The notes below the pieces were generated by a model that was given only the letters and a program-made list of their open reading frames with translations, made no database searches and was not told the DNA's origin. Shown here in pieces: positions 49,023-63,300 of a stretch of 64,000 bases of DNA (within the stretch, counting starts at the first letter, position 1; every line of letters starts with the position of its first letter). Source of the stretch: Balanoglossus misakiensis (taxonomy: Eukaryota; Animalia; Hemichordata); the NCBI GenBank assembly GCA_040954595.2, contig CM082585.2, positions 1,364,318 to 1,428,317 on the forward strand, read 5' to 3'. The position numbers were made by a program, and so were the translations under genes.

Positions 49023-50587
49023 GTAAGTTGTCATAATAATGTGTACAGTGAATATTTTGAAAACCAAGACTGGTACCAGTGGCACTTCTGGGAATTGTTA
49101 TGTGGGGAAAAATGAAATCAGTTTTCTCAAAAAGGAGCTTTCTTGATGGTACAAATAACATGGTCTGTGCCATTCCCAAAATGATTTTAATGTATTGAAG
49201 ACCTGACAGTCACACAGAATAAATTCAATGAACTATTTGCCCAACATGACAACTTTTCCCCACACAGATTTAGACGTGGTGGGTATGGCTGATTTGCCTC
49301 AAATCGGCCATACGCACCACATCTATTAATATTCATGATTTTACTTTTCATGTTTATGTACACTCTTATAACAATAGGAAATCTAGAGAATGGCTATTTC
49401 ATCAAGTTGACAACCCCCGCATGTGTAAGTCATGTACATAAACAAAAATAGTCTGGTGTGTGGAGCCTCCTCCCTTTTTACAGGAAGTACTTTCGAAAAA
49501 TGTTTATGCAATCAGTTCACACTCATGATCAATTTTGTGTCAGAATTATTGTCCAAGTCAGCATGCCATAGATATATTGATGAAATAAACATTGGGACCA
49601 ATAGGATTAAGGGAGGTGTGACTGGTCCAACCTGTTCAGTTTTAGTGTGGGGGGAAAAGCTGGAAGGAAAGCAGACCTAAATTACTGACAAAGAAATACA
49701 ACAAATCTTGTCTCATTCTTATTTTCAATTCCTCTAGTTTTTCCATGGTACCAGTGTGGAAGCACTGATGATAACCTCTGACAGACAGTTTTAAATGACG
49801 ACAATCATCTTACTCTTATGCACATATGCGTTAATTTTGTGTGTACAAAATAACGTCCAATCCAAATATTCTGCACAATTTTATGTGCGTGCATTCATAT
49901 AGTGGACTGCCTTCGCTTCCTTCTATATTTCTTGCATGCCAGATAAGAAGAATTTAGTTTTGTCTCTTCTTTTCACTCAATTTGCTGTCTTTTCCTAATC
50001 TATGACACAGACTATGGTTGCCGCCACCTTGTCTGTTGTTAAGACAGCACTTGTGGCATAGATAACAATTTTGTAACTAGAGTCTCTGCTTTGGCAAATG
50101 TGTGTTAGATGAACATTACACTTTAACAAAAGTCTGCTTAGAATTTAAATCATATTCTCTTCAAAATGTCTGCATCTGAGAACATGGTGAATTAAAGCTG
50201 AAAGCAGTGTTCACTGGGCCCAAGCAATTCCCAGGGTTCCTACAGAATGCTAAGGATTATCTGCTGTGGATACCCAAAATTTTGTCAAAAAGTTTTGATC
50301 CTAAACTGATCTATGTCCTACAAAATCTAAACTTCTAGATCTATTGGTTAGCCTAGAATTAGGAGTGTACATAATTAATTAGGTCAACAGGGGTCTTGAA
50401 ACTAACCATCAATTTTAGACACAGCCTAAATCAATTTCCCATTGTACAGTAACTAACTATATGCCGCCCTAAATTTCAGTCTGATTGACAAATGTAAAGA
50501 AAATTAAAAAGAAGTGTCTCCTGATACATTGCCATTTGCTGTGAAGTGACTTTAAAAGAAAACTGTTTTGTTTGTATTTAACTGCAG

Positions 50588-50836
50588 CAGCAGCAACAAG
50601 CCAGCGGAACAAAAGCAACCATTCCACCACCACAACAACAAACATGGCAACAACAACAACAACAGCAACAGTTATCACAACAACAACAACAACAGCTGTA
50701 ACTAGGACAACAGCCACGGCCGCGACCACAGGTACCTCAGATGGACTTGGCACCCAGCATGCAACAAACACTGCAACAATCATGTAGTAATCTGCTGGCT
50801 GTTGACATGAGTCTTTTTGATATTCCGAATCAATAA
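50588..50836 (+). pseudogene. MED25: Q-rich terminal exon, probably MED25
   Basis: tgcag acceptor; QQQQASG...QQL*LGQQPRPRPQVPQM...DMSLFDIPNQ*; internal TAA at 50699-50701. Confidence 0.5.
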
Positions 50837-51530
50837 ATTCTTACAGGAAACTGACTATAATGAACAGGAGACTGTTCATGCCTTCATTACCGTTGTAACT
50901 TCTATATACTAAATGAAACCCAGATGCCCAAAGAAATGTCAGAAAATTCTCAAGGTTTTTTCCAGACAGTCAAGTATTGGGGATTTGGAATATTTATCAC
51001 TCTCATTTACTGTATACAGACATATCCATTCCAAAGCTATCACCTCCACTCATTCTTCAGTGTTCCTTGATTTAAAAAAAAAAATTTAAACAGATCAAAT
51101 AACACGAAATTGTTATTCCAGTGTAGTAACATAATATACTCGGTCTGTACTAATTCTTGCATTAGCTTTACATTGTTTCCATCATAATGCCTTATTTCAA
51201 TATAACCATATTTGTATGCTGGGAGGATGTAACTAGTTGTCAGTGTCTATTGTAATACAAAGTATGCCATACACAAAGCAACTGTGCATTGTCTTCTGGT
51301 GTGAAAAAATGATACTTAGGATGTATGTAAAATGGGAAATTTTCATGAGAGATAAATTCGCCCGAATCATGCAAGTGCTAAAAAACACGAAACTAAAAAG
51401 TCGCGTAAACATGTTTTTCAGAAATAATGATGAATTGAAATTCGAGAATGCGAAAATTAATCGTTGCATAACAGTTGCCACATTTGATATTATGAAAATT
51501 TCCCGTTGCGAAAATTTCATGTTTTACAGT

Positions 51531-51900
51531 ATATAGCCATATTTTTTCCACTTCCAAAACTAACATCAAGAGTGATGCATGCCACTGGCCCAATAAAGCC
51601 TGATAGCTCTTGCTGGGAATTGTGATGTAACTACCATCCCCCTTAAAGTCACTGACATAAACTGAACAATGGCGATTGTGTGTAAGGTTATAGTAAAGGC
51701 AAGGCTAATTTAAATTTAAAATGGTACCAATCCTTAATCACACATATGTATCCTTTGACCAATCATTGGAAAAACAAAGTCCGTGATTGACTTCAAAGTA
51801 ATGCTAATTACATCACGATTCCCTGCAAGGGGTATCATGCTTTATTGGGCCAGTGGCATGCATAGTTTTTTGAAAGCAAAGCAGATAAAATACAGCTATA
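51531..51900. mobile_element. Palindromic MITE
   Basis: ATGCATGCCACTGGCCCAATAAAGC (~51575) is inverted at GCTTTATTGGGCCAGTGGCATGCAT (~51840); the outer ends are TATAGC / GCTATA. Confidence 0.65.
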
Positions 51901-53879
51901 TACTAGACTAATACCTTATTAACTCCTGATCATTGGAGAATGTATCTCTAAAGTTACTCTCTATCGCTCCCTCAGGGAAGAGAGCAATAGACAGCTCTTT
52001 CAGTGTCAGAACTTCCAGTTGTATACCAATCATTTGTATTACCCAATCACAGACTTTGTGTTATTGGTCATTTATCTATCCAATTGAAACTCACATGTTC
52101 ATTGGAGCATTACACCAAAGAAGTCACACTATAACAGTGACAATACAACACTTGCAAAAACATGGATTGCTCAGGTCAGCCTATCTGGTTCCAGATTATG
52201 TGACCCAACTAATGCAGCTATAATGAATGTGTTTGGTTATATACAGAGAATTGTAGGTTGTATGAGACATGTTAATATTACACTCTAGCATGGGGCAATG
52301 TATATTTATCATGTGAAAGCCACGAAGTCACTAGCTCTTGATGTTCATTTTCTATTTTTGTTGTTGAATAATTTGTTATGAAATTGGATTGAAGCTGAAC
52401 TCACAGCATATGTGTGGACATAACACGTTTATACGTCCATGTAATAATTTTTGTTAAAGCCAAACAATTAAATATCACCATTATAACAAAATTAACAACA
52501 ATCTAACCCCGGGGCTGTCACTAATTTGAATGGATACCGATCCAGAGTTAATGTTTCATTGGGAAGTCTAACAGTGTTTTGAAATGTCACATTGTAATTT
52601 GAAAGTTTGGGCTTGGGCAGTGACAATGACATTGTTTGTGTACACAATTTGAAATGGAGCTCTTTGAAAAGAGAAAAGTGGTGTGTGGAAAAGAATGAAG
52701 TCTTTGGGCTTATATCAGGTGCCTTCATTTGACTCTCAAGGAGAGTTTTGTAAAACAATTAACTTGTTGTGTGTCAGCATTATTGGGAAAGATTAAGCAC
52801 ACACATGTATACAGGTTAGATAAAAATGGAAAATTACCATCAGCCTTTTTTCTTAGCACTCTCACCATTCACCCCCAGTTCCCTGTGTAGACATCCAACT
52901 TTTCCAACAGAAACAATGGATTTGGACCGAACCATTAGTTCATTTGAATACCGGTATGTATGTAATATCTGTATTTATAACATACCTCATGCTAACACTG
53001 TGTCATGATTCGCCAGAATCCGTCAGGTGATAAGAAAATAGAATCGACTATGAATCCCTTGGGGAAATAGCAGAAAATATATAAACTGGTCACGTGACCA
53101 AAGGGATATAAAAGAATCCCATGCATATACATAGTCAGTTCACCTCTGTAGCCAGACTGGCCATACATATGAACTGATGATGTCCCTGTTTTAGGCATAT
53201 GGCTTGTGAAACTGTTAAACCATTTTGTTGTGTTTTGTGTTTGGTGATCGGCAAAATCCGTGACAAGCATGGTAGAATCAAACTATTAGATGCATGTTAA
53301 GAAATATAGTCAATTATTAGGAAGTGACCATAGTTGCCAAACGATTAAAATCACATTTTTAATAACAATATTCACATGTCATTGTTTCTACATTTCTAGA
53401 ATTTCAGCCATTCATTTTATGTTTGTGTGAAGAATGACACCTTGAGGCTGTAGAATCATGTATAGTGCTGAAGGGAAGGGGGGACACGATTCCTCAATTT
53501 CTTTCATTTTGCATAAGATGCTAAGTTGGTTTAATTTTTTTCCGGATATTGCTTATATTGTACTGAAAGTTTGGTATGTTATGCAGTTTTTTAGAAGAGC
53601 TTTTGACAAACATTTCAGTGTACTTTCAAGACTGCTAGAGTATGTACATAGTGTATGCAGCGTTAGGAAGAAATATCTTTGATATTTTTATTCTAACAAT
53701 TTTCCTATCAGGATAAACAAGTAGACAGAGATATCATGTTAGGATTTTTGCATACATAAAATAAATATTCTGATAAAATGAGTGCTTTTGTCTGTCTCTT
53801 TGATTTCAGGTGAGGATCAGCCGCTCCAACAAATGGTCTGCTTACTTCCCTTTTTCATCTGATTAAAATCAAATGTAGT

Positions 53880-55400
53880 GTTAGGCGCTGGTGATGATTT
53901 TGGCTATTCTGTTCTCAGTTGTTAGCTGGGAACTACTGGTCAGATTGCTTTGAAAAGTGGTATGCATGTTTCTTATGCCAAGATCATAGAGCTATATAAG
54001 TTCTAAGCTAACATCGTGAATTGTCTACTTTTTATGAATGTTTTGTCTTTTTACACAATGGTAAAATATTTTCTATGAAAGTAATTGGCTGATTTCTTTA
54101 ACATTAGTATAAATCTTCCTATAGGTGTAATTGTTGCAAAGTTTGCACATTTGTAATTATGAGCCAAATTTTGCAATTTTTGGTCAAAAATCGTTTTCTC
54201 TGAAACCTCGTGCTTGTCAGATTGCTTTGGGAATTGGTAGGCATGTTCTCAGGGTTAAGCAATTGTAAGTTGTTTGAAAATTTTGTTGAAATTTGCTTAT
54301 TTGTGTTCTTGAGGTAACTTGTGATTTTCTTGTTGAAACCACTTGTCAGATTGCTTTGAACTTTGGTAAGCATGTTCTCATCGAAGTAAGATATTGTATA
54401 ATTTTGGTGATGTTTGCATTTTTGTGTTTGGCAGTTTTGGGACAGTTTTTTTAAATTAGATCATATCTATTTGTTTGGTATTAGGTCATTAACAAAAAAT
54501 TAAGTCATAGAGTTGGTCACACATATTACTTATAGCACAAGTTTGAAAAAAATGACCAGTTTGTGTCGCGTTATCTGCTTTCATTGAGGAGTAACAGCGC
54601 CCGCAAGTCAAGTGTTTATGTCACATTTGTATTGGTATATTCCAGTGGGACCTTATGAGATCGGTACGTTGCATCTGTATGGATGTATGGGAGTATGTCC
54701 ATCCACATCAAAAACTTGAAGACTGCTACGCGTACAACCTCGATATTTGGTGTGTAGATGCATACCGGGTTGTAGATGGGAGTTTGTTCAAACGAAGTTG
54801 ACATTGCCAAAAATATGCAAATTTTCTGGGAAAAACCTTAATTTGGTCAAAACTCAGAAACTCAGCAACCCCTGGTCATAATGATTCTGTATGTTTTGAG
54901 GTAATACTTTGAATTTTCTATTTTTCGCATTTGTTTGTCTTTTTCTACATTTTTGTAAAAAAACTACCTTTCTGGAATTAATCAGCCCACCTCTTTGAAA
55001 TTTAGTATGGAGCTTCATATAGGTGATCTGAGTTACTAAAGTTTTGTTTAAATTGCTGCAAAATTTGCGAGCAATTTTTACCTTTTTGATCATTTTTTAA
55101 ATGTAAAACAGCTCATAGATTGCTTTGGAAATTTGCATGTATGTTTGTCAAATCAACTAGAAGAATTTAATATTATATTTTTGGGGTGATTTTTGCCATT
55201 TTTGGTCAAAACTCTTTCTCAGAACCCTCTACTCCATTGCTTTCAAATTTGATTTAAAGGTTCCTGGGTGCGTTGTCATGATAATTTACAAAACCAATGA
55301 TGAAAGTGTCAATGCTTTTTGTTGGCAATATCTTGTATTTTGGGGGCATATTTTCCAATTTTGAAAAATAATAGTTCCCAGTGTATTACTCTAAAATTGA
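53880..55400. repeat. Dispersed degenerate repeat family with recurring GTCAGATTGCTTTGAAA motif
   Basis: The motif recurs at about 53940, 54216, 54345, 55118 and 55236, again at 57500-58020, and inverted at 40100-40560. Confidence 0.6.
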
Positions 55401-58400
55401 GTTAATAGTATTGGAATTATAATGGAATCAAATTATAGGTAATTCGGAACTTTTATATTTTGTAGGGTATTTTGTTATATACAAAAACAAAATTCATCTC
55501 CGCGACCAGCTGTTCTTTTTGGTGCATGGACAGTGTTGGCCTGTCGATTTATCTATATTTAGAAAATTTGATCAAATTCAAACTTGAATTGCATTGAATC
55601 AATTTTAATTCCCGCCAAGAACACTTTATTGACTACAAACGTTTGTTTTGTTGGATGGGTAAAATTTAAGACCTCTCGACCAACGCAGAGTGAAGTTTAA
55701 TACTTTTGAAGTTGTCAAAATCGACTAAACAGAGCGAGAAAAACGGCAATTTGCGCTGTCGGCACATTTCTTCTCCTGCCTCGAATTATCGACACCAGGA
55801 CCCCCCCCCCCCCCAAAAAAAAAATATCAATTATGGATCATCAAATAACTAGACTGCATCGTCCATGAAATCAAACTCGACGACAAAAAAACTTCGCCGA
55901 TTCCGAGGTAAACGCATCCCGACAGGATAAGAACTCCGCTATTTGATGTCATCTGATTTCTCTGTAAACATTGGTTGGTCGTTACTTCGGGAATGGCACT
56001 TAATCTTCTCGGTTCGGCCTTTAATTTCCATGACCCCGGTTGTTTCGGCCAAGACGCAAACTGGTTCTGCACTTTGTAGTTCAGTAAAGTTGGCAAATGG
56101 GATAGTCTGTTAATGGTGAATGCAGGCCTGAACGCAGTGCTAGCGAACGGGACAAATTGAAATAATAAAAGCGAGCGTGTTGTCAGATTAGTGGGACTGT
56201 CATATCATGAACACAATACGGGAGGCGTGATAAAGGCATTATAAAGAGCGAGCGTGAAACAGACATGGAAACGATCGACAGTACGGTACAGTGGCTGTGG
56301 GTAGAGCGAGCATGTTGCTGTGCCGAACACATTCACCATGTTTGTTAAATACAACACACACCGACTTGACCTGCGGCCGCAGCTGCAGCTTCCTAACGCG
56401 CCCTAATCCAAGCAGTTTACGATCTCGTGGATCGTGGTTGGACCAACAAAATGACCCAGAAAGAGAACCACATTAGGAAGTATTATAGGTCTGTTTCCTC
56501 AAAGTCGAATAGGTGCAAAACTTAACGCACATCAAAATGTTGCCCAGACAACGGAAGTTAGCAGTTTGCTTGCTCGGTTTGAAATGCGCGGCTGTGGTAG
56601 AAAATTACCCCCTGTTCTTTGGGACGTGAGCCACCCCCCTGAGACAATGGTGCACTCACACTCGAGAACATAGGTTTGCTATTTGCATATACAAATGGAA
56701 TATTCCTTCGAATGCGAGCATGTTCCAGTGCGTTCTAAAATAATAAAATATGCAGCTATAGCATGTATGCATATTCATTAGTGTGTCGTAATGCTAACTA
56801 TGGTCTGTGATTGGGTAACAAGTCCCACTCTCCATAACAACAGGTGATCATTGACCCGTTTCCGGTGTGCGACGCCGGGTTTCGACCACTTTCCTTCTTA
56901 CTGCCGCGGGATCAAGACGTCTTTTCGGTAGGCTCATAATCCAGTCATTGCTTTTAGTACCATAGCCTATGTAGCTACGTTACCGTCGCTCGATTGTTTA
57001 GTCTGGTATTAGGTGATTTGCAGCTATCCGTTCAACACCTTGTAGTTGAACAGAAGTAGGTCTTATTCCAGAAAAAAATCCGAGCTACGGGCGTGCAGCT
57101 AGCCATGCCTCTCGGCCATTCTGTGTATGGCTTCGCTGCTGACCCTGAGGTCATAATCGAGAAAGTCTAGACATATTTATAGGGTTATACTCTGTGAGAA
57201 TTTTATTGCTAGGCCTCTTGCCTAAGCGCACGTAGAGCCAGTGTTTGCATTTTTTTTTAATTTTACGGTTTAAACGTGGTTGGTGTATTTTCGCTTTTCT
57301 GTTTGTTTTTTCGTAACATTTTACTGTTTACATGTTGTTGGCGTATTTTCGCTTTTCTGGTGTGATTTCCACCTCACTGTTGGCATACTTAAACAATTAT
57401 CCTAATTTTTATTGGGCAAACCGATAAAACCAAAACCACCACAAGTAAAGAAAATTGTAATCTGTTTGGTGATAACCCTTTTAGCTTTGAGAGATAACCG
57501 ATTTGATGTTTTAGTAAAACCAAATTTTTGACCAGGGTGACAAGCATTTTTTTCTCTGAGAGTCGTGTTGCTTTGAAGCATACATTTGGATATATGGTCC
57601 CATTTGATGAAAACCTGGTTGATGAAAAATGTGCATATTTATAATTTTGTAGAATTTTTTGTCTTTTTTGGTCAAAAATTGTTTTATCTAAAACTGCTTG
57701 TCAGATTGCTTTCAAATTTTGCAGGGTTGTTCCTTGGGAATAATTAAGTGAGATGTTTTAGAAAAATACTTGAAATATGCATATTTGCGTTTTGTGTGTG
57801 ATAGTTTTGGAATTTTTCATTAAAAATTATTTTCTTTCAAACTGATTGTCAGATTGCCTTGAGCTTTGGTAGGCATGTTCCCTGAAGCGATTGACGTAAG
57901 ATATTGTACAATTTTGGTGAAAATACTGATTTTTCTGAAACTGCATATGGGATTGCTTTGAAATTTGATAGTATTATTGCAATGGGTAACCCAAGTTTTG
58001 TCTGATTGTGTTGATTTCCCTATACTGAGACTCGCCAAGTACACTATATGTTTATATCACTAGAGAGTTCAGAATCCAATATGGCCGCCATACGAACTGG
58101 GACATACTGTGTAATCTGATTATTTTCTAAACTTGTCATATTTTAATTTCTCGATCTCACAAATAAAAATGAAATGCCAAAAACTTAGTAACTTTCGTTT
58201 CTTCCCGCTTGGTGTCCATTAAAGTCTTTTTCCTCCCACTGGGAAAGTGGCTAGAGTCAATATGTGCATAATGGCAGCATTATATGGCACTGAATAAATG
58301 GCAGGGGTGTTTACATCTCCTAATTTGTTTTCACTTAAACCATGATAAATATCTAACATTATATGATCATATTGTGTATGCAACTCGGAGATGCGTTTCA

Positions 58401-59870
58401 CTTCAGGGTTGGAAGTTTGTTTAGTCAAGTCTGGGAAGTGACATGTCTTCAAAGTGACTGATGTTATCTGCTTAGAGCTGAATGCCCATGGGTGTTCTTT
58501 CCTAGAAATACATTTTCTTTGCATTTCATAGACCTGTGTATAATTATAATTTCAGTTATATATTCTAATTTGTGTTTAGGTAGAGTATGCATGGAATTAA
58601 AATAATTATTCTGTAATTACCCAACAAAAATGTTTGTCTTACAATTGTCTAGCAAGTGGGTATTTTGATTGTTAATTTGCACAGGCAACATTATGGAAGT
58701 AGCATAAAGAGTATTCGATAATATAGCAGACCTTCTAGCCAGAAAGAAGAGCTTAGAAGATTTATCAGCTCATAATATTCCTTTAACCAATGAACTTTAT
58801 ATGAACTTGCACACCTGCCTTCAAGATACAGGGATTAATGTTCAGGAAACCTTACCAGCTCTAGTACATTTATTTCAGCCAGAAATTGAATTACCAGAAA
58901 AAAAAATCAGTAATGTTACAAAGAAACAGTAAGAAAATAAATGGAGAAAGCCAGCAAGGAAGGCAGAAAAGTGGAATACATGAAATACACAGTTTGCTTA
59001 AACTACATGTGTATGCAGTAAAAACTGTATGGTGCAAGGACGTTCAGTTTTATGATTTATAGCCAGCCAGTCTTTCCATGCATATCATACCAAAATTAAT
59101 ATGAAAATCGTGTAAATGTTAATAGACTACAAGGATAGTACAAATACATGTAGACATTACACTATCCAACTTTCTCCACTTTTGATATCTGCCCAACACA
59201 GGCAAGCAAAAGGGCCGATCTGAGAGTTTGACTTGAATGATGGCAATTTTTGCTGTCCAGAAGTAACTGTATAAAATATTTTTGGTAGTAGTATTATTGC
59301 TCAAAATACACAAGAATTTAAATATTTCCACTCACTACAGTGATTGAACTGATTTTCAGCAAATTGCAGTGTATAAACAGATATTGCCATCTAATGAAAT
59401 ATCAATCCAATATGGCCGCCCATTTGCAATGGTAAAATGCTAGGTTTTTCCTTTTTTGAGCGCCTGGGAATTTAAATTGTAATCCAGATATCAAAAACTG
59501 AAGTCACTATCTGTATCTGCACATATATTGTAATATATTCTGAAAATTTCGTTACAATTAGATCAACTATGATTGAGACACGGAACATCAAACATTGCAA
59601 AATTTCATATTTCCCATGGTGCCATGCAAAAAATAGAGAGATTTTCTTTACAAGTTTAGATGATCTCCTGTAAAACTGAAAGAAGTATTCTTCTGTGAAT
59701 CGTGCATAATTGTTTGAAAAATGTTGAAGATACTTGAGAATATCAGTATTTTTTGATGCTTTTGTACCTTGAAAACTGGTGAACCGATTTTGATAATTTT
59801 CTTTATTATAACCTACAAAGACCTATAAAATTTTTTATCAGTAAAATAAACAGCCTTATATAATTTTACC

Positions 59871-60142
59871 GGTCCAGCTGTTACAGAGACCACCGGCTAT
59901 TTTATTATAAACTGGTGGTAGGTCAGTGAATGCCTCTGTCTGATTGGACTAATTAGCTTGTCATACTCGCATATATTTTACAGACAGTTTTTGGACAAAA
60001 ATCAGTTGTGGTCCAGCTGTTACAGAGACCACCGGTTATTTTATTATAAACTGGTGGTAGGTCAGTGAATGCCTCTGTCTGATTGGACTAATTAGCTTGT
60101 CATACTCGCATGTATTTTACAGACAGTTTTTGGACAAAAATC
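59871..60142. repeat. Tandem duplication, 139-bp period, 2 copies
   Basis: GGTCCAGCTGTTACAGAGACCACCGG... starts at 59871 and 60010. Confidence 0.95.
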
Positions 60143-60367
60143 TGTTTTTTTTAGTGCTGCTTGTAAGATTGCAGTGACACATAACACTTGATTGAGCATG
60201 GTGAATTATTTTATGTTTCCATAGTATTTGAATATTTTTGCCATATATGCTTGCCAATGTCGCCCGCGATTTAATTCTGGTGAATACCTAAAATCTGTGT
60301 AATCCCCAAATGGCACAACAGTTTCCTATACGCTATGTTTTAAGAAGTTAATTATACATAGACATAG

Positions 60368-63300
60368 TGACCTCTGGCATACCATTTCTAGCCATCCACA
60401 ACAGATACAGAGTTTGCTTTCTGTTGGAACCATGCTAACTGCTTTGGCCCCTGTAATGTTGCATGTTCCTTTAATTGTCTTCTTCATGTTGGCCATATTG
60501 GATTTTCTGATAACCTCTTAAAGTTGACATTTTTTCAAAACTACATGGCCAATCAAGTTCTAATTTACTGTCCCTTCCAATTTTTTTCAATAATATTGTT
60601 AGTGGTCATGCGACTTTGGATTCATTATGGATTGTTGAAAAATCTCATTTAACATTTCCAAAATCTTTTTCTAATCAAGTTTTCAAGTGTATTGTGATTA
60701 GTTAAACCTTATTGGAGCCAAATTGGACTTTCTGAACTCTAATTAAAGACAAAGATTTCCTATTTCTAGCCTACTCATTTAAAGCACACATTCATTTTAT
60801 TGATACGAGTCACCATATGTATAGAATACGTTACATTTTTTGGCAAATTTCACATGTCCTTTGATTCAGATTTGTTAGAACTGAATTGTACTTGGATATG
60901 TCTCTTGTTAAAAAGCACAACAGTCATGATTGTGTTCACATGAGTTTTATTGCTGCCAGGACATAACCCAAATATTTTGATAATTTTGGCGATGACCCTT
61001 GATCTACTTGGATATGTCTCTTGTTAAAAAGCACAACAGTCATGATTTTGTTCACATGAGTTTTATTGCTGCCAGGACATAACCAAAATATTTTGATAAT
61101 TTTGGCAATGACCCTTGATCTACTTGGATATGTCTCTTGTTAAAAAACACAACAGTCATAATTGTGTTCACATGAGTTTTATTGCTGCCTGGACATAACC
61201 TACATATTTTGATAATGTTGGCAATGATCCTTGATCTACTTGGATATGCCTCTTGTTAAAAAGCACAACAGTCATGATTGTGTTCACATGAGTTTTATTG
61301 CTGCCAGGACATAACCCAAATATTTTGATAATTTTGGCAATGACCCTTGATCTACTTGGATATGTCTCTTGTTAAAAAGCACAACAGTCATGATTGTGTT
61401 CACACGAGTTTTATTGCTGCCAGGACATAACCCAAATATTTTGATAATTTTGGCAATGACCCTTGATCTACTTGGATATGTCTCTTGTTAAAAAGCACAA
61501 CAGTCATTATTGTGTTCATATGAGTTTTATTGCTGCCAGGACATAACCAAAATATTTTGATAATTTTGGCAATGACCCTTGATCTACTTGGATAGGTCTC
61601 TTGTTAAAAAGCACAACAGTCATGATTTTGTTCACATGAGTTATATTGCTGCCAGGACATAACCCAAATATTTTGATAATTTTGGCCATGACCCTTGATC
61701 TACTTGGATATGTCTCTTGTTAAAAAGCACAACAGTCATGATATTGTACACATGAGTACTATTGCTGCCTGGACATAACCCAAATATTTTGATAATTTTG
61801 GCCATGATCTACTTTCCCATAACTTGCCATGCACAGCAGATACGGCTTTCAAATTTAGAGGACTGGAACACCTAATGAAGTATTAATCTTTAACACAATC
61901 GTTATGTACTTATCCTATTTAAAGTTAACCAATTGAGCTTAGAAGTTTGGTTCTTGTTGGACACTTATCAGTTTGATGTCAAAATTTGTTGGCACAAATT
62001 TGCGTGACCTCTGGCTTACTTACCATTTCTCAGCATCCATAACAGATACAGCCTTTGCTTTCTGTTGGAACCATGCTAACCACTTTGGTCACTCCAATGC
62101 TGCTTATAGTTGGGTCTTCTTCATGGCGGCCATATTGGATTTTCTGATAATCTCTAAAAGTGTACATTTTTTTCTAAACTGCAGGGCCAATCAAGTTCTA
62201 ATTTACTGGCCGTTCCAATTTTTTTTCAATTATATTAATAGTGGTCATGTGAATTTGGATTTATTATGGATTTTTTCAAAAACTCATGAAGATTTCCAAA
62301 ATCTTTTTTAATCAAGCTTTCAAGTGAATTGTGATTGGTTAAACCTTATTGAAGCCAAATTGGATTGTCTGAACTCCGATTAAAAACTAAAATTTCCTAT
62401 TTCAAGGCTACTGAATGATAGCACACCAATCCTTTTTATGGATACGAGTCACCATAAGACCAGAATATGTTAAACAATTTTTATCAACTTTCACATGTCC
62501 TTTCATCCATTTTTTCAACACTTAATTATACAATTTTTTTGCAACTGTCATTCGTCTTTTGATCCAGATCTTTCAGAACTTAATTCTACGTTGATATGCC
62601 TCTTGTTAAAAAGCACAAGAGTCGTGATTTTGTTCACATGAGTACTACTGCTGCCCGGACATAACCCAAATATTTTGATAATTTTGGCAGTAACTTTTGA
62701 TCTACATTCCCATAACTTGGCATGCACAGCAGATACAGCTTTTAAATTTAGAGGACTGGAACACCTAATAAAGTACATGTATTAACTTTAACACAATAAT
62801 TATGTATATAAGCTATTTAAAGTTAACCAATAAAGCGTAGAAGTCTGCTTTTTGTTGGACACTGATCAGTTTGGTATCAAATTTTGTTGGCACATTTTGC
62901 ATCACCTCTGGCATACTTTACCATTTCTAGGCATCCACAACAGATGCAGCATTTGCTTTCTGTTGGAACCATGCTAACCGCTTTGGCCACTCCAATGCTG
63001 CTTGTAGCTCTAATTGTCTTCTTCATGGTGGCCATATTGGAATTTCTAATAACCTTTAAAAGTTGACATTTTCATAAACTACAGGGCCAATCAAATTCTA
63101 GTTTACTGTAGGGTTGAAAGTTTGACAAAAATATCATTAGTGGTCAAGTGACTTTGGGTGCCTAATTGGATTGTTTAAAAATCTCATTAAAAAATTACAG
63201 AACATCTTTTTCTAATCAAGTTTTCAAGTGAATTGTGATTGGTGTCACCTTATTGGAGCCAAATTGGATTTTTCTAAACACTGATTAAAAACTAAGATTT

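Noticed and set aside
50469-50787. Val-rich and Thr-rich ORFs as standalone membrane or mucin genes
   Set aside because: They are alternative frames and the antisense strand of a (CAA)n poly-Q exon.
26867-50836. A functional MED25 gene or a functional fibrillin-like gene
   Set aside because: Most MED25 exons are missing, there are several nonsense codons and lost EGF cysteines, and no signal-peptide or start exon was found.
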